The notes beneath the pieces are model-generated. The model ran no database searches. It was given only the letters and a program-made list of their open reading frames with translations, and was not told where the DNA came from. Positions 1 to 12,046 of a DNA stretch of 64,000 nt are shown piece after piece; the first letter of the stretch is position 1; each line of letters starts with the position of its first letter. The DNA is taken from positions 210,130 to 274,129 of the forward strand of contig NW_015176459.1 of NCBI RefSeq assembly GCF_001447785.1, written 5' to 3'. The position numbers and the translations under genes are program-made. The stretch comes from Gekko japonicus (Eukaryota).

Positions 1-29
1 TGTGAAGCATCCACGTTGGTTTTCAATGC

Positions 30-505
30 AGGCCTGGGCCCAATTCAAAGTGCTGCTTATTACCTGTAAAGGCCTGGGACCAGGGTATTTAAAGGACTGT
101 CTTCTTTTCCCCAGATATTCCCACAAAGTAATATCTACTACACAGGACCTGTTGCGTGAGCTCTAGGAGCAGAGCCTTTTCAGCTGTAGCATCTCTTTTG
201 AGATTTACGGGCCAAGATTTTCTGCCAGATTTCTTCTTTAGGTGTGGGTCATTGTTTTTTATTTCCTGCTCCTCATCTGTTTGATGTTTTGCCCTCTACC
301 CCTTGTTCTGATTTCTCCACTGGTATGATTTTTCCCGCCATTCTATTTCTTCTTGTTTGTGATAGATAGGGTAAACTACTTATGAAAATGTAACTGCTGG
401 TTTTTGTATGGTTAATTTCATGTTTGACTTATTGTTTTATTTCCTTTGGAAGGTTCATAGAGAGTGTTGTACAGGGAGGGGGAGGTGTCAGTTATTTAAA
501 TAACT
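30..505 (+). mobile_element. L2 LINE, degraded 3' fragment
   Basis: Reads AQFKVLLITCKGLGPGYLKDCL (typical L2 ORF2 C-terminus), then 'agagccttttcagctgtagc' (RAFSAVA), a T-rich UTR and an A-rich end. Confidence 0.7.
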
Positions 506-865
506 AAACAGATGCTGGATGGAAGAGAAACCAACTCTGTCTTCTTTTTCTATTCCTATTAGTGCAATTAAAAAAAAAAAAATCAGTGTGGCCTGTGATT
601 CCATTCTGTAGGTTGTTGATTTTTTTTTTCAAAACTTCAGTTCCAGTTCTCAAACATACATCTATTTTATGGATTTGGTACAAGCCAAGAAGTGAGTCTA
701 AGAGTGGTAGGGAGTTTCCCCACACTTGATTTGGAATGGGGTGGGCTAAAACCATTATAATTTAGGTTCCATTAAGATCTGGCCCAAATCAGCTCCTTTC
801 AAACAGTTCTGTTTTGAGCTTCAAATCTTCGTTGCGTTCCCAATGATTTCATCATAAGCTCCATC

Positions 866-1057
866 TAGGTTTGTCAGCTCCAGTTCTGAAGTTCTCCCAG
901 AATTACTGTTGATCTCCAAACTACCAATATCATTCCCCCCGGAGAAAATGGCAGAAGACTGGACTCTATGGCATCTCATCTCTGTGGAACTCCCTGCCCT
1001 CACCAGGTTCTACCCCCAAATCTCCAGAATTTGCCAACCCAGAGATAACAAGCTTAG
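866..1057 (+). mobile_element. hAT (Blackjack-like) MITE, diverged copy
   Basis: Internal motifs 'ggagaaaatgg...ggactctatggcat...ccccaaatctcca' are shared with the TAGGGTTGCCA-TIR copies elsewhere in the window. Confidence 0.7.
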
Positions 1058-1060
1058 GGC

Positions 1061-1265
1061 CAATGTTTCCTCTAAGCTGTGCAGACTTGTGAGCAAAAAT
1101 TCTACTTTGTGAGCTACTGGCATTAAAGTTGTGAGTGAGCAATTTGGCTACTGCATATTAGTTTGTTCTGGAGCCATCCTCCCTGAGCTAAGACAAAAAT
1201 GTGTGAGCTGGAGGCTAAAAAAACTGTGAGCTAGCTCACACTAACTCATCTTAGAGTGAACACTG
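1061..1265 (+). mobile_element. MITE with CARTGTTCCCTCTAAG-type TIRs (hAT-like)
   Basis: Termini caatgtttcctctaag...cttagagtgaacactg; near-identical copy at 48600-48805. Confidence 0.8.
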
Positions 1266-1449
1266 GCCCCATCCCTCTTCTATTTCCTGCTGCAATGCAG
1301 CCAGTGGCAAAAGCAGCTGTAAGAATATAACCTGCTGCAGCGTTTATGATTTAGACACTAGAATCTGACTGCAGTAACAGCATCCTGTGCTCCAGGATCT
1401 GTCAGAGCTGTAGTGTCTTTGCTTTTCATAACTAAATAAAGGCTTAGGG

Positions 1450-1636
1450 AAACTCCATTTTCTAGGGATCTTAGCACCCATAATGATGCTGCAGAATTCC
1501 AGGACCTAATGAAAGCAGCAACAGCAGCCTTTGTTAACTCTGCCAGGTAAATTTCAGTAGGAAAAAGATGGCTGTTTTGTTAGGAGAGAGCTGTAGCTAG
1601 GCTAATTTCGAGGTGAGATTACACTTCATAGAGATA
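1450..1636. repeat. 187-bp direct repeat, copy 1 (uninterrupted)
   Basis: Matches 2350-2494 joined to 3683-3724, with 2 mismatches seen. Confidence 0.95.
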
Positions 1637-2349
1637 AGTAGGCTGCGATAGTCAATCCAATTCACCAGGTTACAGGGAGGGAGGGAGAGAGATTGCCAAT
1701 CAGTTCCCTCTGAAGATTAGAATATAGCTGACAATCCAGTAATATATGTTGGATGGAATCTGGATAGTTTGCCTCACAAAGACAGACTCTTTCACTATAT
1801 GGGATTTGAAGGATTTGGGTTACTTTTTTTATAAATAGGTACTAGTATGGAATTAAGCCAGGGCTCAGGAATTGTTCCATGTAGATCAATTAAAGGGAAT
1901 AATTTGGCCAGAGGCAAAGACCACTAGGTTGCAAATTTTAATTTTTTTTTTTTACAGGAAGGCCATTGGGGCCCAGAGCCTTACCAGGGTTTAGACCCTC
2001 TATTAGTTCAATAATTTCATCAGGCTTGACTGGAGGCCCAGCAGGAAGATCGGAAAGTACAAGATCTTCTGAACTAGTAATAGAAAGGATGTCTTGGTCC
2101 TGGAAGATCTTAGAGTAGTAATCGACCCATACTTGAGAAGATATATTAGGGTCAGAAAGTGATCTTTGATTTGTGCTAACTGAAATTAGTCTCCAAAAGG
2201 ATTTACTATCATTCGATTTAATGACATGGAAAAGTTGGTTCCAGTTATGTTGAAAGTACTCTTTTTTCTTAGATACAATTATGTCTGAAAAGATTTTCTT
2301 ACATTCAAATTTAACTTTGTCAGATTCTTAGCTAGCTGAGCTTCCTTAA
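1637..2349 (-). mobile_element. Internally deleted non-LTR retrotransposon ORF2 fragment (linker + RT start fused to C-terminal CCHC knuckle)
   Basis: Manual minus-strand translation: SKKKEYFQHNWNQLFHVIKSNDSKSFWRLI...WVDYYSKIF...PPVKPDEIIELIEGLNPGKALGPNGLP...IPEPWLNSILVPIYKK, then PYSERVCLCEANYPDSIQHILLDCQLY; one stop and frameshifts. Confidence 0.85.
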
Positions 2350-2494
2350 AAACTCCATTTTCCAGGGATCTTAGCACCCATAATGATGCTGCAGAATTCC
2401 AGGACCTAATGAAAGCAGCAACAGCAGCCTTTGTTAACTCTGCCAGGTAAATTTCAGTAGGAAAAAGATGGCTGTTTTGTTAGGAGAGAGCTGT

Positions 2495-3672
2495 GTTGTT
2501 GTTGTTCAGTCGCACAGTCGAGTCCGACTCTTCGCGACCCCATGGATCATCTCCCGCCAGGCCCTCCTGTCTTACGCCGTCCTCTGAAGTTGGCTCAATT
2601 TCATGTTCGTTGCATCTATGACACTGTCTAACCATCTCATCCTTTGCCGTCCCCGTCTTCTTTGACCTTCAATCTTTCCCAGCATCAGGGTCTTCTCCAG
2701 GGAGTGCTCCCTTCTCATTTGGTGGCCAAAGTATTTGAGCTTCAGTTTCATTATCTGGCCTTCCAGGGAACAGTCAGGGTTGATTTCTTTTAGGATTGAC
2801 TAATTTGATCGTCTTGCAGTCCAAGGGACTCTCAAGAGTCTTCTCCAGCACCATAGTTCAAAAGAATCTATTCTTCGGCGCTCGGCCTTCCTTATAGTCC
2901 AACTCTCGCAGCCATACATGACTACTGAAAGACTATTGAAAGAGGTAGTCAATCTTTAAAGGTACAATTGTGGTCTTAGGGTACTGTCTCAGTGATGTCC
3001 TCTTTTACTCTGAGCAAGAGGCTCTTTAGGTCCTCTTCACTTTCAGCCATTAGAGTGGTATCATCTGCATATCTGAGGTTGTTGATCTTTTCCCCAGCAA
3101 TCTTAATTCCCGCTTGTGATTCATCCAGGCCAGCATTTCGCATGATGTACTCTGCATATATATTAAATAAGTACTCCTTTTCCTATGCTGAACCACTCAG
3201 TTGTTCCATATCCGGTTCTAACTGTCGCTACTTGGCCCTTATACAGGTTTCTCAAGAGACATGTGAGGTGGTCTGGTACTCCCATCTCTTTAAGGACCTG
3301 CCATAGTTTTTTGTGATCCACACAGTCAAGGGCTTTAGCATAGTCAATGAAGCAGAAGTAGATATTTTTCTGGTACTCTCTTGCTTTTTCCATAATCCAG
3401 CGAATGTTCGCAATTTGATCTCTAGTTCCTCTACCTCTTCGAAACCCAGCTTGTACTTCTGGTAGTTCTCTATCCACGTACTGTTGAAGCCTAGCTTGTA
3501 GGATCTTGAGCATGACCTTGCTAGCGTGTGATATGAGTGCAATTGTGCGATAGTTTGAACATTCCTTGGCATTGCCCTTCTTTGGGATTGGAATGTATAC
3601 TGACCTTTTCCAATCCTGTGGCCACTGTTGCATTTTCCAAATTTGCTGGCAAATGGAGCGCAGCACTTTAAC
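2495..3672 (-). mobile_element. RTE/BovB-like LINE, 5'-truncated with internal deletions, 10-bp TSD
   Basis: ORF 3163-3666 QQWPQDWKRSVYIPIPKKGNAKECSNYRTIALISHASK...FIDYAKALDCVDH; INNLRYADD at ~3060-3086; (CAA)n tail; TSD agagagctgt at 2485-2494 and 3673-3682. Confidence 0.97.
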
Positions 3673-3957
3673 AGAGAGCTGTAGCTAGGCTAATTTCGAG
3701 GTGAGATTGCACTTCATAGAGATATGGACTCATCTTAGAGTTGGCTCTAAAGTTCCAAATTAGGGGATTTCATCATCTGAGCTCCTAGGCAAAAGAGTTG
3801 TGAGTGGAAAATATGTGGATAGGAAAGGGGTTTCAGGCAGTCCCATGACCTTTAGTTAGAGATATGCAAAAATTCTTGAAAAGTGCAATGGAGTCTTCTT
3901 GAAAATGTTTTGGATTCTCCTGGTTCCTCCAATATTTTTGCCTGAGGAGGAATTTCC

Positions 3958-4730
3958 AATCCAATCATTTATTATGGCAAAACCAACAACAATACCCATT
4001 CACAATAGCCAGTGAATTAGTGAAAATATGAAAATAAAATCTGAGATATAAAAAAGAATACGTGTGTGTGTATATATGTATATGTCTGTATATGTATGTG
4101 TGTGTGTATATATATATATACACACAAATGTATATATATATAAAAATCCAGAATAAATAAAAGCAAATTATAGTATATCTTCCATTATAAGGGATTTACG
4201 TTTTCTGATCACTAAGCAACAATCTGGCCACAGCATAAGATACAGAGCTTTGAGAATCTTCAAGGAGAAAATTGCGCAGAATCTCTGGCCTGAATTTCAG
4301 ATAAAAATGCAGAGGGTTAAATTTAGACAGAAGTGGAATTTTAAAATATGACCATTCTTCCTGGTAAAATTTACAATACAAAAGTAGACGGGTGGTGGAT
4401 TTCTCCACATTATATTTACAAGGACATAAATGTTCCTGCATGGGCATACCTAAAAATTTGCCTTGTATTACAGCAGAGGGAAGTGCCTCAAAATGGGCCC
4501 TAGAAAAGGTCCATCTTTAGGGTTCATAAGTAATATCAGACAAGTACAGAGTGACTTTAAAACTGGACCAAGATTTTAAACATCTAAAACTCTTTGGAAG
4601 TAAGGCTTCTTCATTTTGTAATTCAATATCAAGGAGCCTTTGAGGAATTTCCAAATTTTTATGCCAGGTGAAATCTGGTGGCAATTTATGGATGCATGGA
4701 AGTTTCCTGAGAATTGTTGCTAGCCTAACT
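3958..4730 (-). mobile_element. Non-LTR retrotransposon 3' end with CCHC-like C-terminus (same type as 1637-2349)
   Basis: ORF 4196-4447 HLCPCKYNVEKSTTRLLLYCKFY, preceded by ARFEALPSAVIQGKFLG; 3' UTR with AT/GT microsatellite and aataaa-(gattg) tail. Confidence 0.75.
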
Positions 4731-4807
4731 GTACAATCTTATAAACACTTTCCTGACAATAAACCCCACTAAATAGAGCTGCTTTCTTAAATGCTCTTCT
4801 TGTATCT

Positions 4808-5028
4808 TGTTCAGTCGCACAGTCAAGTCCGACTCTTCATGACCCCATGGACCACATCACGCCAGGCCCTCCTGTCTTCCATCGTGATCCGGAGTTTGCT
4901 TAATTTCATGTTCATTGCCTCAATAACACTGTCTAACCATCTCATCCTTTGCCATCCCCTTTGACCTTCAGTCTTTCCCAGCATCAGGGTCTTCTCCAGT
5001 GAGTGCTCCTCATTCGGCGGCCAAAGTA
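4808..5028 (-). mobile_element. RTE/BovB 3' fragment
   Basis: Homologous to 2503-2733. Confidence 0.9.
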
Positions 5029-5039
5029 CCTTATTGCCC

Positions 5040-5745
5040 CCCTAGTCAGAATAACAAGACAGACAATGGTTTGGAATCAAACAAGGGCCACTTTATTAAC
5101 TATTTAAGTGAACTGTAAACTAAGTGGTAAGGGAAAGCTAAGCAGGTGCAGAACAGGCAAGGTAGGTGTCAATCCAGCCAACCTCCTTGCCCACTGGTTA
5201 CCACTCAGGAGCGCCTACCCCTGAAGCCATACAGCTTGCAGGAAGGAGCCTACCTAAGAGGTTTCCAGATCATCATTCCCAGCCCTGGGCCATAAAACCC
5301 AAAGGCTTTTCATGATGATCCCCTTGCTCCCAAATGGGAGAATAGCTGAAGGTGCTCACTGGTTCTGCTTTCTTACCCATACTACTCTGCTAAGTGACCA
5401 ACTTATTTAAAAGCAACCACCATTACCAAACTTCCAGTTCCACTGCCCTCATTGTAAGGTAGGCAAAAACACTTCCATTGTCTAGCCAATCCAGATGAAG
5501 GCGAAAAATTCCTACCTGGCCCCAACAGGCGACCAGCCAGTGCCTACACTAAGAACAGGAGGGTGGGCTGAGCACAAGGTGACAACTGGCTTTGGCAGGG
5601 GTGGGGTCTGGCCTATATATGCCAGCCCTGCCCCCACCCGACATTGCGACACGTGGTGTCCCCACCCTCCATCAGCCTTTCCAGGAGGGCAGGAGCCCAG
5701 AAATCCCTCAGATTCTAACTTGAGGAGAATCACCCACAAGCAGGC
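5040..5745 (-). mobile_element. Possible LTR-like element
   Basis: Minus-strand TATA-like motif (~5614) and AATAAA (~5092) spaced as in an LTR; no clean TG..CA termini or TSD found. Confidence 0.3.
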
Positions 5746-6372
5746 TTTAAATTTACTTTAGATGATATGTTGATGGTGAGTCAATCCTTTGTCCAGTGAT
5801 TTTCACATGTTCTACCTTGAGGGAGCCCTTTCTATGTTGACCTGCCTTGTCAAGGAAATCCCGAGTACCAGAAGATTCTGGAACATACTGTACTGGAACA
5901 TACAGAGTACCAGAAGATTCTGGAACATACACATTTATTTTACATTGAACCTCATCTAAGAATACTTCCACATTTTCCTGCAGTAGGAACTTTCCCCAGA
6001 ATATGCTTTTCCGGTTCAGCTTGTCCATATTGCAGAAATGAACTGCAGACACCTTTTTTTTTTTTGCTTATTTTCTGTTGGTGCTGGATTTCTTGTTTGT
6101 TGGGGGGGGATGCATTTTTGTATGCATTCAGAATATGGAAGTTGAGACTGCAACACATATATAATATATATGTGTGTGAGAGAGAGAGAGTACACTCAAA
6201 GCATTCAGTCTTTGCATTCACACAAATTTTAAAGGAAATGTAGTGGATTTTCAAAAAGGAATGGAATGGGACACTTGATGCTGCAAAACTACAGAAAGTA
6301 TGGAATGGAATGACTGATGTTCATCCAACCTCTCTACATCCTCCCTATATGCCCTAGCATGGTCCACTAGAA

Positions 6373-6650
6373 TAGCGCTTCTCAGTGTTTCATATCTTAC
6401 ATCTCATCAGTCACTCTACCAAAGAATCTGAGTCCCACCACTTTCCCCAAGGATGTTTCTAGGTTTATAGGCAAAAGGTCACAGAGAGATAATCCATGGC
6501 AGGTAGGGTTTCCAGATGGTGGTACATCACACTTGGTGGTGGACATGGGGACTGAGGGATAACAAATTCTTATTAATTGTGAAATGCTAGACTAGCTAGA
6601 CTACTTTGCATTTCACCAATGGAATGTATACCACTGGTCGAGAACCACTG
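6373..6650. mobile_element. hAT-Charlie-like MITE
   Basis: 8-bp TSD cactagaa (6365-6372, 6651-6658); end 'cgagaaccactg'; degenerate start 'tagcgcttctca'. Confidence 0.75.
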
Positions 6651-7017
6651 CACTAGAACACACTAAATGCTCTTGTGGCTGCATATCACAAAGCTAGAGG
6701 GTTAGTGGTGAGAAACTGGTCTTCTGGGGAAGTGTGCTTGCCCAACATTAATGATCTTCTCTTTGACAAGCTTCCATGAAACCCGGAGTTCCCTGGAGCA
6801 CAGTTTGAAAACTATTTTCTTTCTCCATTCTTGACTTCCATTGACTATGGTAGGTATTCAATTGGAATCCCAGTGCAGGACAGGCTACGCATAATGTGCT
6901 TATTAGCCATGTACAGTGCCAGAGAACTCAAGCCAAATCCTGGCCTAATGAGATGTAAAACTTAGTTCTGCTAATTTAAAAAAAAGGTTTACAATGAATA
7001 AGCATCTGTCTAAACCT

Positions 7018-7150
7018 TTGAATTGCCTGTTATAATTTGGAGTTCTACCTCATTTAAGAACATTGTTTCACTTGAATTGCCTGTTATAATTTGGAGTTCT
7101 TCATTACTCTACCTCATTTAAGAACATTGTTTCGCTTAAAAATTGCTTGT
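7018..7150. repeat. Local tandem duplication, ~54-64-bp unit, ~2.2 copies
   Basis: ttgaattgcctgttataatttggagttct...acctcatttaagaacattgtttc is repeated. Confidence 0.9.
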
Positions 7151-9074
7151 TCGCTCACCTGAATACTGTGGCTATGCAAATGAAATGGCATGTGGGGAGA
7201 AAAGGGAATTCACAGAATTTTGGCACATAGACATAGTGTTTAAAAAGGTTTTGGCTTGTGAGAAGAAATGCCCTTTTGTTATTTAATGTATCAGAACCTG
7301 TTAGGAAACACGTAATGCTAAGGAAGGAGAATCTCGTGCCTAGAGGAAGACACAGAAGCATGAAGGCCACATAAAGAAAGAGCTTGAAAGGAAAAACTGG
7401 CACCTGAACCTGTGTATCTGGAGGCCAATGTAAACCTTGGCTAACTGTATCATGAATTGAGCGGAGGGAGAAAATATGGATCAAACATAATGTCCACCAT
7501 TTATCTAGCCCATTTTGAAGCACTTCACATGTCATTAAAAGCACTTCATACACATTTCCCCAGTAATCACAGGAAGCCCTTGAAGACAGCCCAGTATTTT
7601 TCCCATCCTGTCATTTACAGGGTTCATCGCTGAGAGAGGAGATTTGAATGAAGGACTTCCCAGCTCAGTCTCTGAGCAAATGGATGTGTTATGTATTTAA
7701 TTTGTGCACATATACCCCTCAGTGTCTCTGGCTCTGTCTTTTCCTTCTCATTGCCTTACTGCAAATTCAGGTATACTTAAACACCCTCTTTTATCCCATC
7801 CTTTTTATCACATCCAAGGAGCACACGTGATTCTAACCGTTACTGTTTTAATTCCATAGCAACCCTGCGAGGTAGGCTAGGCTGAACAAGTAAGTGGCCC
7901 CAGGCTGAAACTAAGTCAGTGACTCATGGGAAGCACTCTGTGTTACTGTTTGCTTTTGTTGCCTGCACTTCCACTGGTTCTTCCTCACCTTTGCCATGTG
8001 GAGGGGGCACTTTGGTAACATAAATAACCAGGGAAGGATGATGAGGAAATGACACTTTAGAGTGACATTTCTCCATCAGATTGTAAAACGGCAACTTTTG
8101 AGAGTGAGTTAAGGCCAAGCCAAATATTCTGTCTGCTTCTTCTAGACATCCCTGGAAGATAACAGAGCAGCCATAAATTGGCATTGTCTAAAGCTCCATT
8201 ATCTCCCAGTGATGTCTAATTGAAGCAGACAAAAAGACATGATACCATTGCATTCAGTTTCCTCCCTCCCGATTTCTGCATACGATTCGCTGCCTTGTCT
8301 GGCCAGATGAGGACCTTGGGGTGGGGGAGTATTTTGTTGAAGGTCATCCAGACGCTGTTGTAAAATCTTAATGGAATATTGGGCTTCCTCTTGTTTTGAT
8401 GCATTTGTTTAATACATAAACAAGCATGCCATCTGTCATAAAGATGATAAAGTAAGGCTAGAACATTTTGTCCTAGCTGGAAAATGCTACTTTTGGCTCC
8501 AAGCAAGCATTTGTTTGCTTTGTAATCACAGATGTCTGAGATGCAAAACACCAAACAGGCAAAATACTCCCATTTAATCATAGATGGTGTTGCTCCCATC
8601 ACCTTCTGAGCAACATCATCTATGTCTTTTCTCAAACCTGGAAGGCTGTGGCTTTGAGGGTGCGATCCTTTCTGATGCCACTTTCTTGGATATGATCTTT
8701 TCATTTTCAGAGTTGAAAAGCCAGTTATGGAAGTCTTGCTCTTCAATCTTATTATCTATTTTTATCTGATTTATGTCGTGTATTGATATATTGCCTCTGT
8801 AGAATTATTTGAGATTGTGTCCAATAATATAAGTACACATACCATTGAATAAAATGTGATAAGACAGACCACAAATGAAATATAAAGTGACAAGGCAGCA
8901 ATCAGCATTTTTTTAAAAAAACAACTACTTCCAAAAAAAACCCTTTAAAAGAGTCAGCAGCTCAAGGGTCAAAGTGAAGCCAAATCCAAAAATCTAAAAT
9001 ACTGAATTCAGATCCAGTGGTGGACTAACCACTCCAATAATCGAAACTTCATAAATCCCAGCTTAGCTCTATAA

Positions 9075-9612
9075 GGCTGCGATCATATGCACAATTAGAC
9101 CCGACATAGATGCGAATGCCAGGCGCAATTTAAAGGACACGGTCAGACAACAACATCTGGGAAGCCATTGGCAACCCATTCTGCTCCATCGCAGAAGTGG
9201 AGTTAAAAGACATCGGCGGAAATCCGGTAGTTAACAGGTTGTGATGGGCTACGGACGGACTTTCCCATGTCTGATCACTCCAGCGTACTCTCATGGCATC
9301 GGGATGGTCTGATCAGGCCATCCCGACTCTGTGCCGTTGTCCCCCCCCCCCTTCGCAGTATGCACATCATTGCAGACTCCATAGGGAGCCCTCGGTGTGG
9401 AGGTGCAATTCATCGATTCCTTGATTAAGCACATGGGGGGAAACTAGCACAAAACCCCCACAACTCACCCGCAGTTGCATCTGATCACGCACTGATGGAC
9501 TGCGCCCACAGCTTCAAAGGGAAGTGTGATCGTGCAACTGCGGGTCAAATTCCTCCAAAGGCTATAACCTCACTCCCCCCCCCCATTTTTTCTGGCACTT
9601 TTGACCGCAACC
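9075..9612. mobile_element. PIF/Harbinger-like MITE
   Basis: TIRs ggctgcgatca / tgaccgcaacc, TAA TSD on both sides; internal 'caacatctgggaag' shared with copies at ~10192 and 57538. Confidence 0.75.
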
Positions 9613-9616
9613 TAAG

Positions 9617-9955
9617 AGAGCCAGCATGGTGTAGTGGTTAGAGGGACAAACTAGTTTCTGGAAATTCCTACCTCCAAGGAATACCAGGATCATGATGCAG
9701 AGGCAGGCAACGGCAGACCATCTCTGAAACATCTCTTGCCATCACTTGTCTCATGCTTCAAGTGCTGGAATTAGGGTCACAGAAACCTGGGTTCAAATCC
9801 CCTCTGGCACTGGGTAACCTGGGGCCAGCCTCCCATACTCAGCCTAACCTACCTCACAAGGTAGCTGCGTGGATAGAAAGGGGGAAGGAGAACAATCAAC
9901 GCCATCTTGAAGTTCTTGGAGCAAGGGGGGCATAAAAATGCGCTAGATACATAGA
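9617..9955 (+). mobile_element. tRNA-derived (Squam3-like) SINE pieces with an intervening 5S/Sauria-type tail fragment
   Basis: 'gccagcatggtgtagtggttaga' A-box head; 'cagcctaacctacctcacaagg' core; 'gaggcaggcaacggcagaccatctctg' RTE-type tail piece. Confidence 0.6.
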
Positions 9956-10384
9956 TAGACTTTGGGGACCAGCTTTTTTTCATAGCATAGGGGTGGGAGA
10001 AGGTTGTAAAAGTGGTTTGGGTTGCAAATTCATAATATTCTGCCCCCCAGCAGTAGGTATTCAGAGGTACATTGTCTCTAAATGTGCAGGTTCCATTAGC
10101 TATCATAGCTAGTAACCTAAGTCAGTGGTCATCACAGCATCCTTGAGGCAGTGAGTTCCATAAGTTAATTACGTGTTGTGTGATGAAGTATGGCCCCATT
10201 CACATGGAGGATTTGCCGCGCTAAAGGCATGAATGTCAGGTGGATTTTCAGGGTGTGATCACACCGCAACATCTGGGAAGCATAGCGCACCTGTGGTGTC
10301 GCGCCGAAGATGCACAGCTTTGTCTGTCTGTCCCAGTGAGGACCCAAAGTCACTTAAAATATCATTTCCCCCTTCTCCTTTGTT

Positions 10385-10608
10385 ACTACATTTTAACTGT
10401 GCCCTTCCTCCAAAGAGCTCAGGACAGTGTACCTGTTCTCCTCTCATCCATTTTATCCTCCTCGCAAGAAACCTTGTGAGGAAGGTTAGCCTGGGAGAGT
10501 GTGGCTGGCAAAAGGTCACCCAACATTGTCTTCTACAGCAGAGAGGGGATTCAAACTTGGGATCCCCAGATCCTTGCCTGACACACTAACCAAGACACCA
10601 CACTGGCT
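10385..10608 (-). mobile_element. tRNA-derived CORE/L2-tailed SINE (Squam3-like), diverged
   Basis: Homologous to 10805-11068. Confidence 0.75.
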
Positions 10609-10804
10609 CCATAAAGTTTATAACTGTAAAAAGTGTGTAACTATATAATTTATAATCCTGTATCATGTCCTCCCATCATTGTCTTTTTAAATAACCTGAA
10701 AAGCCACAACATTTTTCCTGGAATGGAAGGTGCTCCATTCCATTGATCCTTTTGATTGTTATTTTCTTCACCTTTTTCCAGCTGTAAGATATCCTTTTTG
10801 TGAA

Positions 10805-11068
10805 GAGACTGGATTTATACCCTTCACTACCCAAAGGAGTCTCAGGGCATCTTACAATCCCTTTCCTTTCCCCTCCTCACAACAGACACCCTGTGAGGTA
10901 GGTGGGGCTGAGAGAGAGCTCTCTCAAGAACTGACCTTGAGATAACAGCTCTGAGAGAACTTCTGATGACCCAAGGTCACACCAGCTGCTGCAAGTGGAG
11001 GAGTGGGGAATCAAACCCAGTTCTCCTAGATTAGAGTCCATACTCTTAACCACTACACCAAACTGGCG
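10805..11068 (-). mobile_element. tRNA-derived CORE/L2-tailed SINE (Squam3-like), full length
   Basis: Reverse complement begins gccagtttggtgtagtggttaagag (A box)...gggtttgattcccc (B box)...cccacctacctcacagggtg...tgtaag..gagactccttt..gtataaatcc. Confidence 0.85.
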
Positions 11069-12046
11069 CTCCCAGCCAGGTGATCAGAACTGATTCACTC
11101 TGTAGTCCAAAAATCCAGTTTTATTATGCTGCCTTTATCCAATAAAGGAGCAGAAGCCTGTGACAATTTCCAAAAGGATATAGAAATCCTACCTGTATAT
11201 CAAGGCTTGTTACAAAATTATTTGCAGCATAAGTATTTTGCCAGTGATATGTGATTTTTTTTAAAAAAAATGCTGTCATCACATTCCATTAAACCATTAA
11301 AGAGATTTTTAAACATCTTTGAGGACTTTAAAAACACTCATTTATGTTTCATTCAGAGTTAACAAACCTGCAATGCAATTCCTTGTGGAGTTTTAATGTG
11401 CACAAAACCGTGTGGAGTGCACCACCATATGCTCTTAATGGGCCAATTCCAGAAAGGTGCCGAGAGCAGTCAACAGCTTACTGTTAAATGTAGCTGTGCA
11501 GGGCTGTGTTCTGCTGCTGCAAGGGTGGAGGGGGGGAACATGAATTTTCAATTTTCAAAGACCGCAGCCTAGCCAAAGTGAATCATTTCTTTATTTTCCA
11601 GGGGAGAGAACTACACACATGTTTAAACTTTCCCATTGAAATCTGTAGGTCTTAAAAAGTCATGAACTTTAGCTGGATCATTCCTAATATTATGTCTGCT
11701 TAGGTCCACGTATGGTAAGATACTGGATGATCTGTGATTGGATCTGCAGCATGGGTTGTCTTTTTTAAAATTATTGGCAGCAGAAGACCTGAATTTCAGA
11801 TTGGAACTCCAGGAGATAGGAGAAATTAACCCTAGGGATGTGCACTTGGAAACAAAACTGATATTTTTCAGATCTGGATATCAGGAAACTGAAAAATATC
11901 AGTATTCCTGGTTATCCAGGTTCCAAATCTGGGTGTTTTTCAGCATTCCAATATTAATTGGCAACAGTATTCCCTATGTGGAATCCAGGGGCTCTTTTTT
12001 GAGAAAATTGCACCAAAATTACAGCAGAACTGCTGGTGTATGATCT

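Noticed and set aside
5863-5929. Short direct repeats (also 62521-62557) resembling a repeat-spacer array
   Set aside because: Only two units in eukaryotic DNA with no cas genes; these are simple slippage duplications, not CRISPR.
8216-8746. 176-aa minus-strand ORF
   Set aside because: No recognisable domain and no supporting splice structure; consistent with chance.
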